Source of the DNA: Phoronis australis
Lineage: Eukaryota > Animalia > Phoronida
Length of the DNA stretch: 64,000 bases
Assembly (NCBI GenBank): GCA_002633005.1
Contig: NMRA01000458.1
Coordinates: forward strand, 1-64,000
Direction of reading: 5' to 3'
The notes under the pieces were generated by a model. The model was not told where the DNA came from. It searched no databases and worked only from the letters and a program-made list of their open reading frames with translations. Shown here one piece after another: positions 12,001-27,000 of this stretch. Positions within the stretch are counted from its first letter, which is position 1, and each line of letters opens with the position of its first letter. The position numbers and the translations under genes are program-made.

Positions 12001-15000
12001 GATTGTCACATTTGTAAGGTAGAAGTGTTTCGTTGGACTTCCAGGTCTGTGGCGTTATTTATACCGAACCAAACTTAAAAAACGAGACCCTTGTTTAAAT
12101 CAGGGGCTGCATAAAAATAATTGCAGGCGGTCTAATACACGCTGTACCAGACGTGCGCAGGCAGTGAATGTGGGCCCATTGCACTGATCACTTGGAAACA
12201 TTTTTATGATTTATTAATATATAATTAAAACCGAGCTGAGGAGCTTGAAACATGACTCACGCATGCGCGCACCCAGGCTGAAATACAGGGCGGCTCGATT
12301 TTTTGAGAGTGTGGATCTTTTACTGAAACACAAAATCGGGAATTAAAAACCAAAAAAAAACCAAAAAAACGGAACTACAAAATAAAAAAGAGATAATACG
12401 TTCAGAGTTATGAATTCTTGCCGTTTTTGTGGACTTTCGTCTCGAGTTTTTGTTTCTCTGATGCGGACCTTTTTGCCCACTTCGCCAAATGGGATTCGAA
12501 CGCACAACCTCGAATAATGAAAGCAGGCACCTATCACACTAGGCCACACCGCCTCCTCCAGGAGCTGCATAGGCTACAGGGTTTAATTTGTGTAGAAGTT
12601 TTTCTGCGTTGCGAGTTTTATAAAAATGGGTCAGTCTGTAGCCAACTACGATAAATTCATAAAAGATTGCGTGCAGTGCAACTGAAGTTCATAAAAAGTA
12701 AAACTGGACTTCCAAACCGCTTAATCTGATTTGACATTTCACGTATTTCAGAAGGACAATACTTAGTATCCTTTACGCACGGGACCCTTTTGTTACATTA
12801 GGAGTAGGATTGGTTCGTTATGCACCCTAGAGGTGGTATTGGACTTTACAAAATCGGTTGAAGAATTTTGTTTTTGTCATAAACGTTTGTTTGAAAGGCT
12901 TAAGTTTGGAAATGTTAGGACTTAAGACGGAAATTTAAAAATCATTTGTCCGCTTAAAAAAAATTAACATTAAAGAATAAAAACAACCTTAACACCCCTC
13001 TGGTGTTCCTGTTCCATGTGTGCAAAGAAGTTGAAACTCGGGTTAGTTGGTTGTATTTTCATAGACTGCAATGTACTTGGCTAAGATGGTCTAGAGATTT
13101 TGTGCGGCATACATTAGACATGTAATGAGTGGGTAACCTGCTGTTGAAGTGCGAGATAGATTCATTTGGCACGGCTGCAAGCCATTTCACCAAGTATTTA
13201 AAGGGCTCAGGAAATCGAGGCTGCTTAATCTATCACCACTAGTACACGCGCGCCCTCTAGTAATGTAAAGATTGTCGAATAGCCCCATTGTATGTCACTT
13301 GAGAAAAATTGATGATCTGACAGATATCATCAATTGCTGCACATTTCTTGATTTTTCAAAATATATATATTTTCATATTGAGGGGCTCCACCCTTGAAGA
13401 AGGCCTTTGATGACATTCAAGTGGCCACCTTTCATGTTTTTATTGACAAATTCTTAAGGATCCACTCACGGAGAGAGGGTCCAAAGTTGGACTCGATTAC
13501 GTCTAGTTTCTTGTTTTTTGTGAAATCGTGCAACCGACTTTCATGTTGAGGAAGGTCACTTCCTGCAAAGTCTTGTGACCACACGACGGTGGAATGAACT
13601 GTCACTCTTTTCGAAGTTTAAAGATGTTTAGCCTTTCATAATTAAGGTGTCCTATTTCAGACGGAGAAATGTCCCTTTGTCTCTCTATACATGTAAATCC
13701 GACACTGCCTAGTTTTCACGAGGGAAGTTGAAATTCGAAATTCATCAAAAAACACGCAACATTCGTGCACAGCACAGCAGTATCAAGACATTCGACCCAA
13801 AAATCCAAAATGTGATAAAATGCAAGAGGGTTGACCTCCATCGAAAGGGTGGAATTTTGAAAAACGTGATGAACGCTATGTGTTAATTACACAAAAGGAC
13901 TATTTCCGATGGCCACCTCTGATGAGGGCCCCCATGGAAAGCAGTGTGAACTGATGGGTCTACCCTCATTGTAAATATTACATGAACAAATAATAAATAA
14001 ATAAATGGTTAGTTACAGAATAATGTTACTGTTTCCCATAGTATCACAGGAATTGTATCCCTTTTGAAAATGATTGCTATGAGTTGTTGGTAAGGAATTC
14101 CACATGTGGAAAACACTGCTGTCGAGGCTACCATTGGGGTGACCGTGTACAAGTCGAACGAGTGTACTCAAATATTCGCAATGATAAAGAAATATTTCGG
14201 CTTTTTCTGAGGTCAACTTCAACTAGGGAACCGTTATAGGTACCTCGGAAATGAGCAAAAATACACCTTACTATGAATGCCCAATCTCCATTTTCCCCCA
14301 ATTACCCGTCAAAAATATGCGTACGTGCCTGCGGGAAATGCTTATAACATTCCGTTTTGATCAACAAATTCGGTGGTTTCGGATTTACATGTTTATGTAT
14401 CTACGAAAACTGACAGGTTAATAGATGATTTTTGACAATTACAAGCTAGTCTTTTAAGAAATGATTACGATTCAGGGAAGCCTGAATATGGAAAAAAACT
14501 CTAGTATAATTCGATTCCCAAATAAGAAAGTGCACTTGGACGCTTTTTGCCTGTCTAAGATAATTCTCAAAGACATTGATGAAATTTGGACACTTCCCAA
14601 AATTAACTCACAATTCAAATGACAATAAATGCATTGTTTTTTGACTTTGGTACAATAGTTGTCGTTTAAACTCACTAACAGGGGATCAAAAAGGAATTAA
14701 GTCCTTAAATTAAGGTAATCGCATTGTTCATGGATTTGATTGTTGGTTTCTGATTTACATGCTTATGTATCTATGAAAGTGGACTGATTAAGAGCTGATT
14801 TTTTACAACTAGAAGCTAATCTTGTAAGAAATGACAATGCTTCAATGAGCTTAGTTGCAGGCCGACATTGGGAAATTTCGATCTATCATCACATCCCCAA
14901 ATATAGAAGTACACTAAATGATTTTTATTTGTCTGAAATAAGTCTCAAGGAAATTGATGAATTTCGGACAGCCCTACAAAGTGTCCCAAAATGTGCTCAC

Positions 15001-18000
15001 ACTTCGAATGACAGTAAATTGCTTCTTGGCTTAGGAACTAGATTACTGGGTTTAAGTTTACAAACCGGAGATCGAAGAAGACGTTTAAGTACTTAAACAA
15101 ATAAAGTCATTGATCATAAAATTGGAAAGGTTCTCTTTGCACTTCCTTGATGTTTTTAGTTTCCAGTAGTATTGCGCGATGAATTTTTGTTCTTCGAAAC
15201 TGAATCGTTTGCTTGCATTTCTCGTGCATACTACACACACAGCATGCGCGCACCCAGCTTAAAATACATGGAAGCTCGAGTTTTTGAGGATGTAGACCTT
15301 TTATTAAAGAAAAAAACGGAATACGGGACTTGTTCAGAGCTATGAATTGTGCATACGCCGAATTCCTGCTTTAGTAGACTTTTGTCTCGTTTTTCTCGGT
15401 CTTTTTGTTTCTTTGAGGCGGACCTTTTTGCCCACTTTACCAAATGGGGAAAGGGTCTTTCGGGTCCCCCGAGCCCCCCCCCCCCTCTATAGGCGCGCGC
15501 ATGCACGGAGCACGTCATGACGGGCACACTCACAGTAAATTAGGGTGTAACCATGCATTACGTCTGCGTAGAATATCAGTTACCCACGGGAACTGAATTT
15601 GAACTCCAGACGTTGAAGTGTGTACATTTTTGGGAGACACTCTATGTCATTTCCCCCAGCAACCACAACAAATTGGACTACCGGCAGTGTTTCATCTAGG
15701 GATTCTGAAACGGCCACAAAGGCACTCATACCAGTTGCCTTGGAATCTCACCTTTCCAAAAAATCACTCCAAAGAATGGCCATAATAAATTGAAGTTTTC
15801 CCCGAAACTGTATCATAATAAAACAAACCTTGACCTTCAACCCAGGGAAGAGGAATAGGTACGAATACACTGTTGGAATCATAGACATCACATAGACCAG
15901 GCGCGCGCCACTCAGGTAAATGCAGCTCGCGTTGTCAATATGACGCCATAGACCTAACTCACGCGGCGGACATTAAAATTCAAAGCGAGGCTCACTGCGA
16001 TAAGGAGGCACTGAACAGTTCTCATAGGGATTTGACTATCAGAACACACGTCAATGGACTCTTCAAAAACTGCATGGAAATAAAGAAAAGTTTTGAGTCA
16101 TTTCACATCACAAGCCCTACAGATGAGCACAGAAACTTTGTACTCTTGTATTTTTGACCTTTTCACTCCCAGTGGAAACCAAGTTGAACTAAGAAAAATA
16201 AGGGCAAAAAATGCAAAATCGGCACTTTTCACCCTAAAATCACCACTTCCCTGCCGATGCTCCACTAAAGCCAACATTAGATTGCGAAAGCAAATTTCCT
16301 ACCAATTCCAAAAATATGGTACAAAAGTACTGTCAACCAACTAGGTTTTTTGAAAATCTGGCTTGTTTGAGGGCTACCTGAAATCGCGGCCAATTTCTCA
16401 GTTGCTACACAGCAATGCACAATTGCAACAGGGGTCCACCATCTTGAAGAAGAGTGCAGCTACAGCCGAGAAAGTGGACTTTTTTCATTTTCAGCATGTT
16501 CACAAATACAAACAAACCACATTCACTGAGCAAACATGCAATGCCCACCTACAAAATGCCCCCAAACTTGGCCTACTCCAAAATTTTAATATTTTGACAG
16601 TGCAAATTGGCCGCGTGCCACCTAAACAAAGCGGAAGTTGACACTGCGTGAGTTAAATGGCCGGTCTTTCGAGTTTAGCCTGGATATTAAATCTTAAAAA
16701 TGTGTCGATAATGAACTACAGAAACGTAGAAAAATACATTAGAGAACAACTCAATACACCAAAGAGTTCTCTGGCGGAAAGGTATAATTTCTTTCGGAAA
16801 ACTAGGTTCGCATCGTAAAAAGTAAATATGACCAAATTGCGGCGATCGTAGTGTTACGGATTAGGTGTTATGGTGAATGCAGCGTTACATTTTTTTAAAG
16901 GAGGCAGTGTTGCCTAGTGTGATGGTGCCCGCCTTCTTTACTCGAGGTTTTGGGATCGAGTCCCACTGGGCCACACTGCTAGACCCTTGAGTCAGGTTTC
17001 TAGCTCCTCAGCTCGGTTTTAATTATATTTCAATAAAGCCCAAAAATATTTCCAGGTGATCAGTGCAATGGGCCCATATGTGCGGCCTGCCCACGTCTGG
17101 TAAAACGTGTACCAGACCGCCTGCAATTATTTTTTTCCTCTTGTAAATTGATGATAATGCTTTCTGCACGAACCAGGTCATCTGCTTGTATTGTTGACGA
17201 GTTGAAGATATATTCGACAGTGGTGGCTCATCACATTTTGCTGTGATGTGCAATTAGTCACATCTGGTTTAATTTGTTGATCAAGCATAGCCTAGGTCCA
17301 GGTGAGGCAGGGACTACCGGGACTAACAGTTGATTTGTCATTGATCTGAAAGAATAATTGATGTTACTAAATATATTTTTATTAAAATAAATAACCAGGC
17401 TGGTAAATGAAAATAAAATTTTTTTGACCATCAATTCTGCTTTCTTGGTTTTGCTAATTATTATGTTTATTTCATGTGTTAGGTATCAAATATCAATCTG
17501 GACGAAGTTGAATTTTAAAATTAAAACACCTAATTCGTTCGTCCAAAGCATAATCTCGTTTGAGAGCTCAATTTCAGTTAACTGGACAGAGCAAGCATAG
17601 TTATCATGTTTCTTCAGGGGCCTCATTATCCGAGGGGATAGGTGCCTATGCCATCTGAGAGGGGATTTTTTTCGCCGAGTGAGGGGAAAATCTACCTCCC
17701 GATCACCATCAATAGCACCCCTGCTCTGTTTCAATTTCTCATTGGCTGTCTCAAGCATGATTCTGTGCTCTTTCAAGTTGTCACCTGTGTGGTTAGGTCA
17801 TTTGAACTTCGAAGAGAAATTTTCAATCACTGGGGGAATTTTTAGGCCTCGTGGGGGGAATTTCGCGGCAACCCAGATGCGACAAAATAGGACTTTTCGA
17901 AAACATTTAAAAATTTTACACGGACGTATATTCCTTCGTTGCGGCGTATGGCAACTACACAACGCTTCCGAATCTCAACGTCCTTAGGGATTGTAAAACA

Positions 18001-21000
18001 GACAGTTGAATGTCCGTGTTCTAGCCGTTCGAGCACCGCCGACCTAAGCCAACAGAACTATCGTAAGGAGCCTCGTTTTGGAACTCGCCTCTTGTCGGCG
18101 TGAATTAGGTCTATATTGGAGAGTGCTACACAGGAAAAAATGGCGGAAAACACTGGGAGCAGTGTTATGCCTGCAGACAAAGATTTAAGTTTTTTGGTCC
18201 TGTCATTGAGTCATGGGTTTTTTTGGTTCGGCCATGGAATTTAGTGGTGCTGCAACTAGGTTTTTGTGTTCTGCCACCATAGTTTAAGCGGAGCGAATAC
18301 ATGGGTGGTTTCCACATCAGTCTTGGTGATTGAGACCATATAAGATCAATTAAAAAGATAATTGTTGACCACCATATGCTGTTATCCAATGATGGTGCCG
18401 TTTGTTAGTTATATTTAAGTAAATATTTGGTATTAATGACAATCATGTATTTTTACTTGTACTGAAAAATAACATCCCCGAACTTACCCGCCAGCCATCG
18501 AAATCAGTACATCTAAGTAAATAATGTATTCACTATTGAAATATGTACTACATTAAAAACTCATTTCTTAATAGGTATTAAAAAATCAGATGTTTTCTGT
18601 TCTATCAAAACAAACACATTCCAGCAAAATCTGTACTTATGTCGAAGTTGATATTGGAAATTTTCTAGATGTGCACTGCTTGCTTACGAGCTCTCTGTTT
18701 TGTGACGAAACTTGCGCAAAACGTATCGTGCATAATAACCAAAATATCAAACCTGTACGACTAAATTGCGCATCCAACCTTTACCCAAAATATGGAATTT
18801 CCCACTCGAAACCGAATGGAAATATACCCAACCGAGCCGTTGTAGCATTAATTATGACCCCGTGAGAAATTACCCCGGTTAGTTTCTTCACAGGGTCTAA
18901 ATTTAATGTGAAGAATTTTCAGCCCATGAACAAAATGACCCCACGTCCGTGAAAACCTGTCCTGACGGCTCCCCTGCAACAGGAGGGACGGATAAGCAGA
19001 TAGCGTGCGTGAGAGAATTTCTCGGCTGAGGGTCGCGCTGTACGTATATCATATTAAGGGCGGGGATGGATAGGAACCGAAATAGTGGGTGGGAGCGGGG
19101 CTGATCTTTTTGTGAGCACACAATTACACGGTGTGGGGATACTACAAAACGCCAAGTGCCTGGTGCTTGATCGGGGGGACTTCAGATCCGTGAGAGAGGA
19201 ATACCGTGCGTTAGAAAAAATATTTGTACGTTGGCAATTCCGAGCGAAGCACAGGAAAGGAACTTGGTCTGTGCTCTTTGCTTTTTTCAGTACGGCGTTC
19301 TCCCGTTGAGTCTAACTTGTTAAGTTGTATATCACAACAAATTGGGCGGATGACCGTTGTGGCCAATATCTTACACTCTGGACGACAGATTAACTCCATT
19401 CTGGCAATTAGGGTTGAACGGTCAGCTCTGTTCTGTTCGATAATTGCTCTAATCTCCGATAACATCGTATCTTATAACCCTCACTGGGCTGTGCTGTTAA
19501 AAACAAGTTAAGTTATAAAATGTTTGAACATAAACCAATGACATTTCTGAATTGCCCATCAAATACTGATCAAGCTTATAGTTTTTGAATCACCAAATTC
19601 GCCCAACTACAATCGAAGTTAAGTCTGTCCGAACGTACCAACGTACTGGGTTTGACTGTGTTCACATGTGATCGGTTATAAGCCTGGTAGATAATTTATC
19701 TGCATGTTGTCCTACCAGACAAAAGACTATGCTCGGCAGTTAACAAAAGAGCTAGATGTCATCACACGCTCACAACCTCTGTACTGAACAGAAGAACGCC
19801 CTAATGAACTTTAAAAACCTGTCAATTATTTATATGACCCCAATGAGGTCATTTTTCACGGTAGTTCACATTAAATTTAGACCCCATTAAAAGCGACCCT
19901 GGTCATATTTCAAATTAACCAAGTTACCCGGGGTCATTGTTCAACACGGTGAAAAGGCTTATTGGGGCACCACGAAAGTATGTCCCAAGTGAGTGGCACG
20001 TCTCCTGGATATAATGTATTTGCATCGAGCGACACGAATTAAATGTTAAGGGTTGATGAAATCAATAATCTTATCAAAATTTGGTCTAGAAGAAAAATCT
20101 CCTTTTTTTGGGAAAGTTACGGTGGTAAAAACCTTGATGGTGCCAAAATTTATTCACATAATGACAACCCTGCCTACTCCATCAGACATTATTATGAATG
20201 TATTGAAAGCAAGCATTTTTATGTTTATTTGGAACAACAAAGTTGAGAGAGTGAAGAGGGATGTATTAATTAAAACTTATGAGGAAGGGGGAGTTAAAAT
20301 GTTGAATGTGATTTTTTTAACAAGGCTATAAAAATCTCATGGATAAAGAGACTACTTAGCTCTGAATCAAAACGAGTAAAATTGTTTGAACTTGGAACAC
20401 GGATTGCAAAGTCAAATATTACAAATTTTGGAAATGATTTTATTAAATATCACACTGAAGTAATCAATCCATTTTGGAACGAAATTCTAAGTAACTGGTC
20501 TTTTTTCATTAGTGAACAACCCCATAAAGATGAGAATGATTTACTCTCAACAAATTTATGGCAAAATGATGAAATAACAATAGACAGAAAATCTATCTTC
20601 TTTAGCAAGTATGCTAGTAGTGGTGTTCTTTTCATTAATGACCTACTTGATGAAAATAACAGGTTTTACTCATTTACTGAATTTATAAAGATCTCGAATA
20701 TTTCTGCAAACTTTGTGGAATATTGTTCTCTGATTGAGTCTATTAGGTCGTTTCTGAAGAGAGCACCATTACAAATTCAGTTAATTAAGATATATGGACC
20801 AATAATACCTTTTAATATCGGTTCCGTAATTTTTTAAACTACACGTCAATATGAAAAACAGTATATGAAATTGCTTGCCAGAACAAAATTTTGCCTATTG
20901 CCTAAAAAGATTTCAAGAAGAAGGTAATAACTTAGGAAGTGATGACTGGAAAAAAATTATGTTAATTGTCTCTTAAAACTACTTATGATTTCAAGTTACG

Positions 21001-24000
21001 TACACTGCAGTTTAAACTATTACATAAAATACTTGTAACGAACTCTTTTCTTAAAAAAATTAACCTGGTGGACTCTGATGTATGTACTTTCTGCCATTCA
21101 CAAAGTGAAACAGTGGTTCACATCCTTTTCGAATGCAATAATATAAAAATATGGATAGAAGAATTACGCAGTTGGGTGTTGTTGGTAAAAGGTATAAATA
21201 TGGTTATTGACAAGAACAATGATTTTTGGCATGCCTATAAGTAATGAAAATAAACTTTTAAATTGGATACTTTTGCAGTTAAAACATTTTATTTATCTAT
21301 CCAGGAGTAAAAAATAATCCCCAAATTCAGTCATTTCCTTAACATATTAGAAAGAGAATTTTATATTCAAAAATTTTTATGAGATAACGGTAATTTAGGT
21401 GAATACCATGCAACCTGGAAAAACTGGTTAACCATAAATTTTGCCTGACAACATCCTACTTAAAGTGGAGGGGTATGTTGAGGGAGGCGGGTGCGTGTGC
21501 GCGTGTGTGTATGTTAAGAGTGAGAATAGCTTGATTTTTGGCTTGCATGTCTGTATTTCTGATCTGTATACCAATAAAAAAGCGCCTGTGCTTAAAACAT
21601 CCGTCTTTAGCACAAAGATCCTTTGGTTGCACACTTTGCTTGAAAGCATGTTGATTATGATTGTTGGTCCTGATTTCCGGGTCATCATCCAAGCTGGTAG
21701 TGATCCCATGTGTCCATCTCTATAGGTCTCCAACAGTATTTCCCAGCGTTCATGATCGTAATTGCACGTCTGAGTCGAAATGCACGTAGACTTATTTTTA
21801 CGTCGTATTCTTGTTAACAGAGTATTAACGAATGCCAGGACTTCCAAGAGGTTCACCATTTATGGTTGCGTGCACTATGGAATTATAGAGGATTCAAGCA
21901 TTCGTGGCGTCTACGGAAATTGACGTTAGTTTTTAGTGACTTGACAAGTTATACTACGTAACAAAAACACGGATATTGAATTTCAACAACAGATCATACC
22001 AAATGGTATTTTGAATTCACAACTATTGGACAGAGTAAATCGTAGGAGAAAAACACAAATGAGTGTTGGCAACGTGGTTCCGATGGTGAGAGATCTCACA
22101 AATAAACTTTTGAGCACACCTCCAGAAATCGCCTTCGCATTATGTCCAGGCTCTCGTTCACCCTATTGCATTCATTCAATAGTAAGTTGAGGAGTTGGAG
22201 ACAGTTTTGTGCAATGCTCTAGTGTCAACCAGTGAAGCCAAGATACAACCCCGGGTCTTCCAAACAGGAGTCTAGTTTGCAAGATCAAACCATTGGGCCC
22301 CTCTTTCTCCTCAACATGGTCTTAGAATACCTTGACAAAACCTGGACTTTTAACTCGGTGCATTATTTCACCTTATGACTTTTGTTGGAAGATGGTGTCA
22401 TCTTCATGGATGATAATGCAAGATTGGTTCAGGGCCAAGATATCAACAAGTTGTAATCAGAGCTAGTTATTCGCATAAAGTGAAATGGAAAAAGCCTCCA
22501 ATGTAATACCCATGGAACTCATGTGTCTTGATCTTTCATATAGTTTACTCCTTCCAATAGTTAAAGACGAAATGAAAGTTCTGGGGAGCGACAATTAAAC
22601 GAATTTAAAGGTGAGGTTGACGACCAAACCAAGAAAATCAACTACCACGACACACACGCCAACTACCAACGTATAGATCAACCATTAAAAGTGCATCGAG
22701 GAATCAGTTAACGTCCTAGAAGCACAGGTTTTTAACCCTTATTAAACGGTTAAAAGACCTTGTAAGGAACCACGCAGTACTTATCTCATAACCAAAACAC
22801 AATCCGTAGTCGACGAAAGTTTAAAAAAACGCGTCACTCACGATTCCGACCCGAAGATCACACCGCCATTTTGAACTAACCTCGAACCCGGAAGTACAAT
22901 TCATTCAGGAACCCAGGCTTAGTATACGCCGGCTGTGCTACTGGAGCAGTGTTTGTTACCAGCCCGCAAACTGGGATAAAATAATCGACAGCGGACCTCA
23001 ACTTTAATAAAACCAAAACAGGGACAATTAGTACTGGAAATGTTGACAAAATGTGGCAAAATAAATTTCGACAGAAATTATTTTTGTCGGAATCGGAGCT
23101 GCAGCCGTTGACCCAGTGCAGACCGATCGAGACAACTCGCATTGACAAAAGACGAAGGCATGCCGACCCCGGCTGTTTTATCGGAATAAATGGTTCAAAT
23201 CATGAATGCCGTATACATACAAAGATAGTTTCCGACACTTGTATAAAATTACGGACTAGTAACAGTCCTGAGCCAACGATTGAATAACAACCGGGGCCGA
23301 CTATGGCGAGCTAGGCTAAGCGTGTTTTACTGGGTTTAATTAACTCTGGTAATCAAACAGTATAAACAGAACACCGAACATGCAACATCAAATTATTGAA
23401 CAAATTGCTATACAGTTAGACCACCCTGACAGTTAAACTTGCCAAAATATGGAAAATAAATTTAGACGCGACTTCGCTACGGCCGGGCAGCTGACTGCCA
23501 TGAGTCGGAACACCACTTGGTGGCAAAATAACTTCAGGCAGAAAACTTGCCATGGTGACAAATGTTTTAACATCAGTATTAAAGGAGAATGCCACTCGAT
23601 TTCATTAGTCTCTTTTACAGTCTTAATCGGTCTGTATCCACATCGCCTCTTATGCGGTGGACCTCACCTTGCCAAGAGATGTCGCGTTAACCTGTGAAGA
23701 AGGTGAGAAACGACGCAGCGACGTCAGTGGTTCATCTGCAAAGTGAATGTCGCTATATTGCGGTGCATCGTTCCCGCTTGTCCGAACTATGAAGCTGCGA
23801 AGAAAGCGGGTATATCGTTTTTCGACTTCCTCGAGAGCCCGAAATGCTTAGGAAGTGGCTCGCGGTACCGAGGAATGAAAAGTACGCTGTTAATAGCAAA
23901 TATAAGGCCTGTGGCCGGCATTTCGTCGACAGTGATTTCTCTGACGAATTCCGGCTTACCAAAAAACTATCCATTGCCTGTGCATGTTCACGGCGCATCT

Positions 24001-27000
24001 CTAGTATTTCTTGATCAGTGTATTCCGGTTCGAACTGATAGCGTGTGAAACCTAGCGATCCGACCCGTGAAGTCTTCGTCGCATGAGCTCTCGACTAAGT
24101 CGGGATTGGCGCCTGGCGAGTTGCCATGTAGACGTTTATTATTCTGCGTTTTGTTTCAAAATGAATTATTCTCACCCTAACCAATGCTTATATGAAACTG
24201 AAACAAAGCCATTTCTAGCTCTCGAGGAAGTCGAAAAAACGATATACCCGCTTTCTTCATAGTAGTTCGCACAAGCGGGAACGATGCACCGCAATATAGC
24301 GGCATTCACTCTGCAGATGAACCACTGACGTCGCTGCGTCGTTTCTCACCTTCCTCACTGATTAACGCTACACCTCTCGGCAAGATGAGGTCGACCGTAT
24401 AAGAGGCGATGTGGATATAGACAGATGAAGATGATAAAAAAGACTAATTAAATCGGGTGGCATTCTCCTTTAAGCTGCTTTGTGTTCGTGATGTCCAGTC
24501 CCGGCGGCTGCGACGGGCCTGATTAGGTTCCGAGCCACTGGCGGGGAGTAACAAGGGTTTTGTTTGTTTAGAACTGAAAAAATCGCAAGTCTAAAAGTAC
24601 AACACGCAGCTATGTTCCCCCGTCTGTATTTCACGGAAGAATGATTTAAATTTATCACCAAACAGACCCAAACTCCCGCGATCGAACATGGTAAATTGGC
24701 CTACCGAACTCAGCTGTAGGCTACGGTACGTTTAAATACCTATAAATCCGTAACAGTGAACTAAAACAACATGCTTGTTCAAGAACTCGATGTATTTGTG
24801 AGGGGTTTACATCGAATTATCATGATTTATTGGTGTAAAACGGTGAATTCAAGCTTTAAGTTGACACCAGAATCGTGTTGTGAGCCGCTGAACAGACTTC
24901 GTTCGAACCTATTACGTCATTGGTTAATTTCAACACCTCCGTCAGCCGTTAAGTGTCGGGTAAAACAACTGAACTTGCTGTTATCGAGTGGAACTACTAG
25001 ATCTAAATTGATTTTTAATAGGTTGTTTTTGGGTGGCATTCTCCTTTAATGCGTTTAAAGTAAATGGAAAATTCCCACTTAGCCAGAAACATTCGTATAC
25101 GCTGTTAGCCGGCGGAGCCGAACCGCCTGCAGTGGCCTCGGCCTTCGCGCAGACAGTGTGCTCCGCGGGGCAAGATGAAAACATTAACTAGGTACCCGGC
25201 CCTGAATGAGTGAAATTCCTGTGACAAAGAGATTAAAATATACTGCGTCATGCTCCTAACACTGCAATATTTTCCCATCGCCGACATTCAGCTCATTGAC
25301 TAAAATTCACTACGCTCCCCCCGCTCCGGCGGAATTTTTATATTTAGACAACAGAGGTATATATTGTAAATTTGTTTTTGTGAGGTTTGAAAATATAGTT
25401 TCTCTGATAATTGAAAATCAAAGCCAATTTAGCAAGTGATTATTTTCCCGGCGAAGAGTCACGGCGACTGCAGGCCGGGGAATTACCGGTACTTCGCCGG
25501 TTACTGTGTCCTTGCAGCAAAATCAAGCACAGATGTGGAGCTCAATGTTTTGAGATAAAGATTGTTTTTGTTTGTCGAAACATCGCCGTATGTGGATGTT
25601 TTTTATGTTACATTTTTAAACGGCCAGTAAGCCGGTGCCGATTTGCTGCCAATTACGCACTGCACTCACACGTCCGGGTAGTCATCATGACACGGCAATT
25701 GCTCACTTCAGGCTGGTACTTTGCATCAATTTCAAGATATGGCGATAAAGATAAGAAATTTGTTGATCAAGGAACTCTTTCTCCTCTAATTTATTACCTA
25801 AACAGGTACTGTTGCTAATTTGACGTACCCTCGCAATGAGTCAGAGCTGACCTCACAGCCGAGCGTTGGCTACGCCGGAGACTGTGCGACTGTACTTCAC
25901 AAACATATGATTATGCATTAAATACCATTCGTCATGTGCAAAGAACAGGTAAATAAACAATCAAGTTTGTATAAAAAGAACCAAAATGGGAATCAAAAAC
26001 AACCAAACAAAGTAAGTACGCTCACGGTGATGTCAATACGTTTTCAAGCACACCATGACTGGCATTCAGGAATCTTTCCTGAACTGACTGACAGGAACTC
26101 GAGTCATGGGAATAGACGGGAATAGTCGATGATTTTCCCATCTCGGCCGAGGTACAAAATTGTGCTAAAAAGGCTTTTAGTTTGATAACAGAAAGGATGG
26201 GAACATGGTGTCATGTTACATATTACTTAATTTGGTATATATTTTAAGTTTTTGAACTGGAATGCCCTTTGAGATACGGAATTTTAAATTAATAAAAGAC
26301 AGTCACCAAATTCTAGTATAACGAAATGTGATGTGGCCGTCAGATGGCGCACGTGGTAGTAAACCAACACACCAATAGGCCTACCCTTGAAATGACTAGA
26401 GTACTATATTGAATCAGTTGCATCGTTGTGGTTACAAACCATGGAATCAGTTAGAAATATAAAATAGTATATGATATAATGATTATTACAAATGAACAGA
26501 CTGATGACTATGAGACTGAGACGATACCTCGATAGGCCTATTAGCCACTACCAGGCCCTATGCACTACAGTTCTACGGGTCGTAGCACTATAGATCGGCC
26601 AGCTGACCAAATACTAATCAGGCTGAGACCAAAGCCTGCACGAAAAGTCTATACCTCTCGGCTGAGAATAGAATCGAACCGTTTTGTCTCCTGAGCGGTC
26701 GAGTCTGCTGTGGACTGGTCAGGTTCCAGCGGTCTGATGGCGTGGTGACCTGCGGTTTGACTCTGCCTCGAGAGCTACATTGTAGCACCTTACATATTAT
26801 TCTTGTTAGCATCGTGCGATGGACCCATCTCGTGACAAAGTTCGCTAAAAATTGGAGCATTTCTTGCATAATGCTTGTGATAAGCTCTGCTAGAGGCAGA
26901 AATATGACTGTATGCACTTTTAAAATTTTAAAGACCTCAATTAGGACATTTTGAAGGGCATAACCGCATTATACTACAAAATCACAAAAATGGCACATTT

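Noticed and set aside
13915-13945. CTGATGAG...GAAA hammerhead-like string
   Set aside because: Stem II does not close properly before GAAA and stems I/III are not evident; it precedes an (AAAT)n tail and looks like a retroposon 3' end.
16900-16975. Possible tRNA gene
   Set aside because: A and B boxes are present but there is no convincing cloverleaf, and it continues into a body shared with another copy; it is a SINE head.
25411-25818. 135-aa ORF, and similar ORFs at 427-750 (minus) and 21428-21859 (minus)
   Set aside because: No recognisable domain or splice context; likely chance ORFs in repeat-derived intronic or intergenic DNA.
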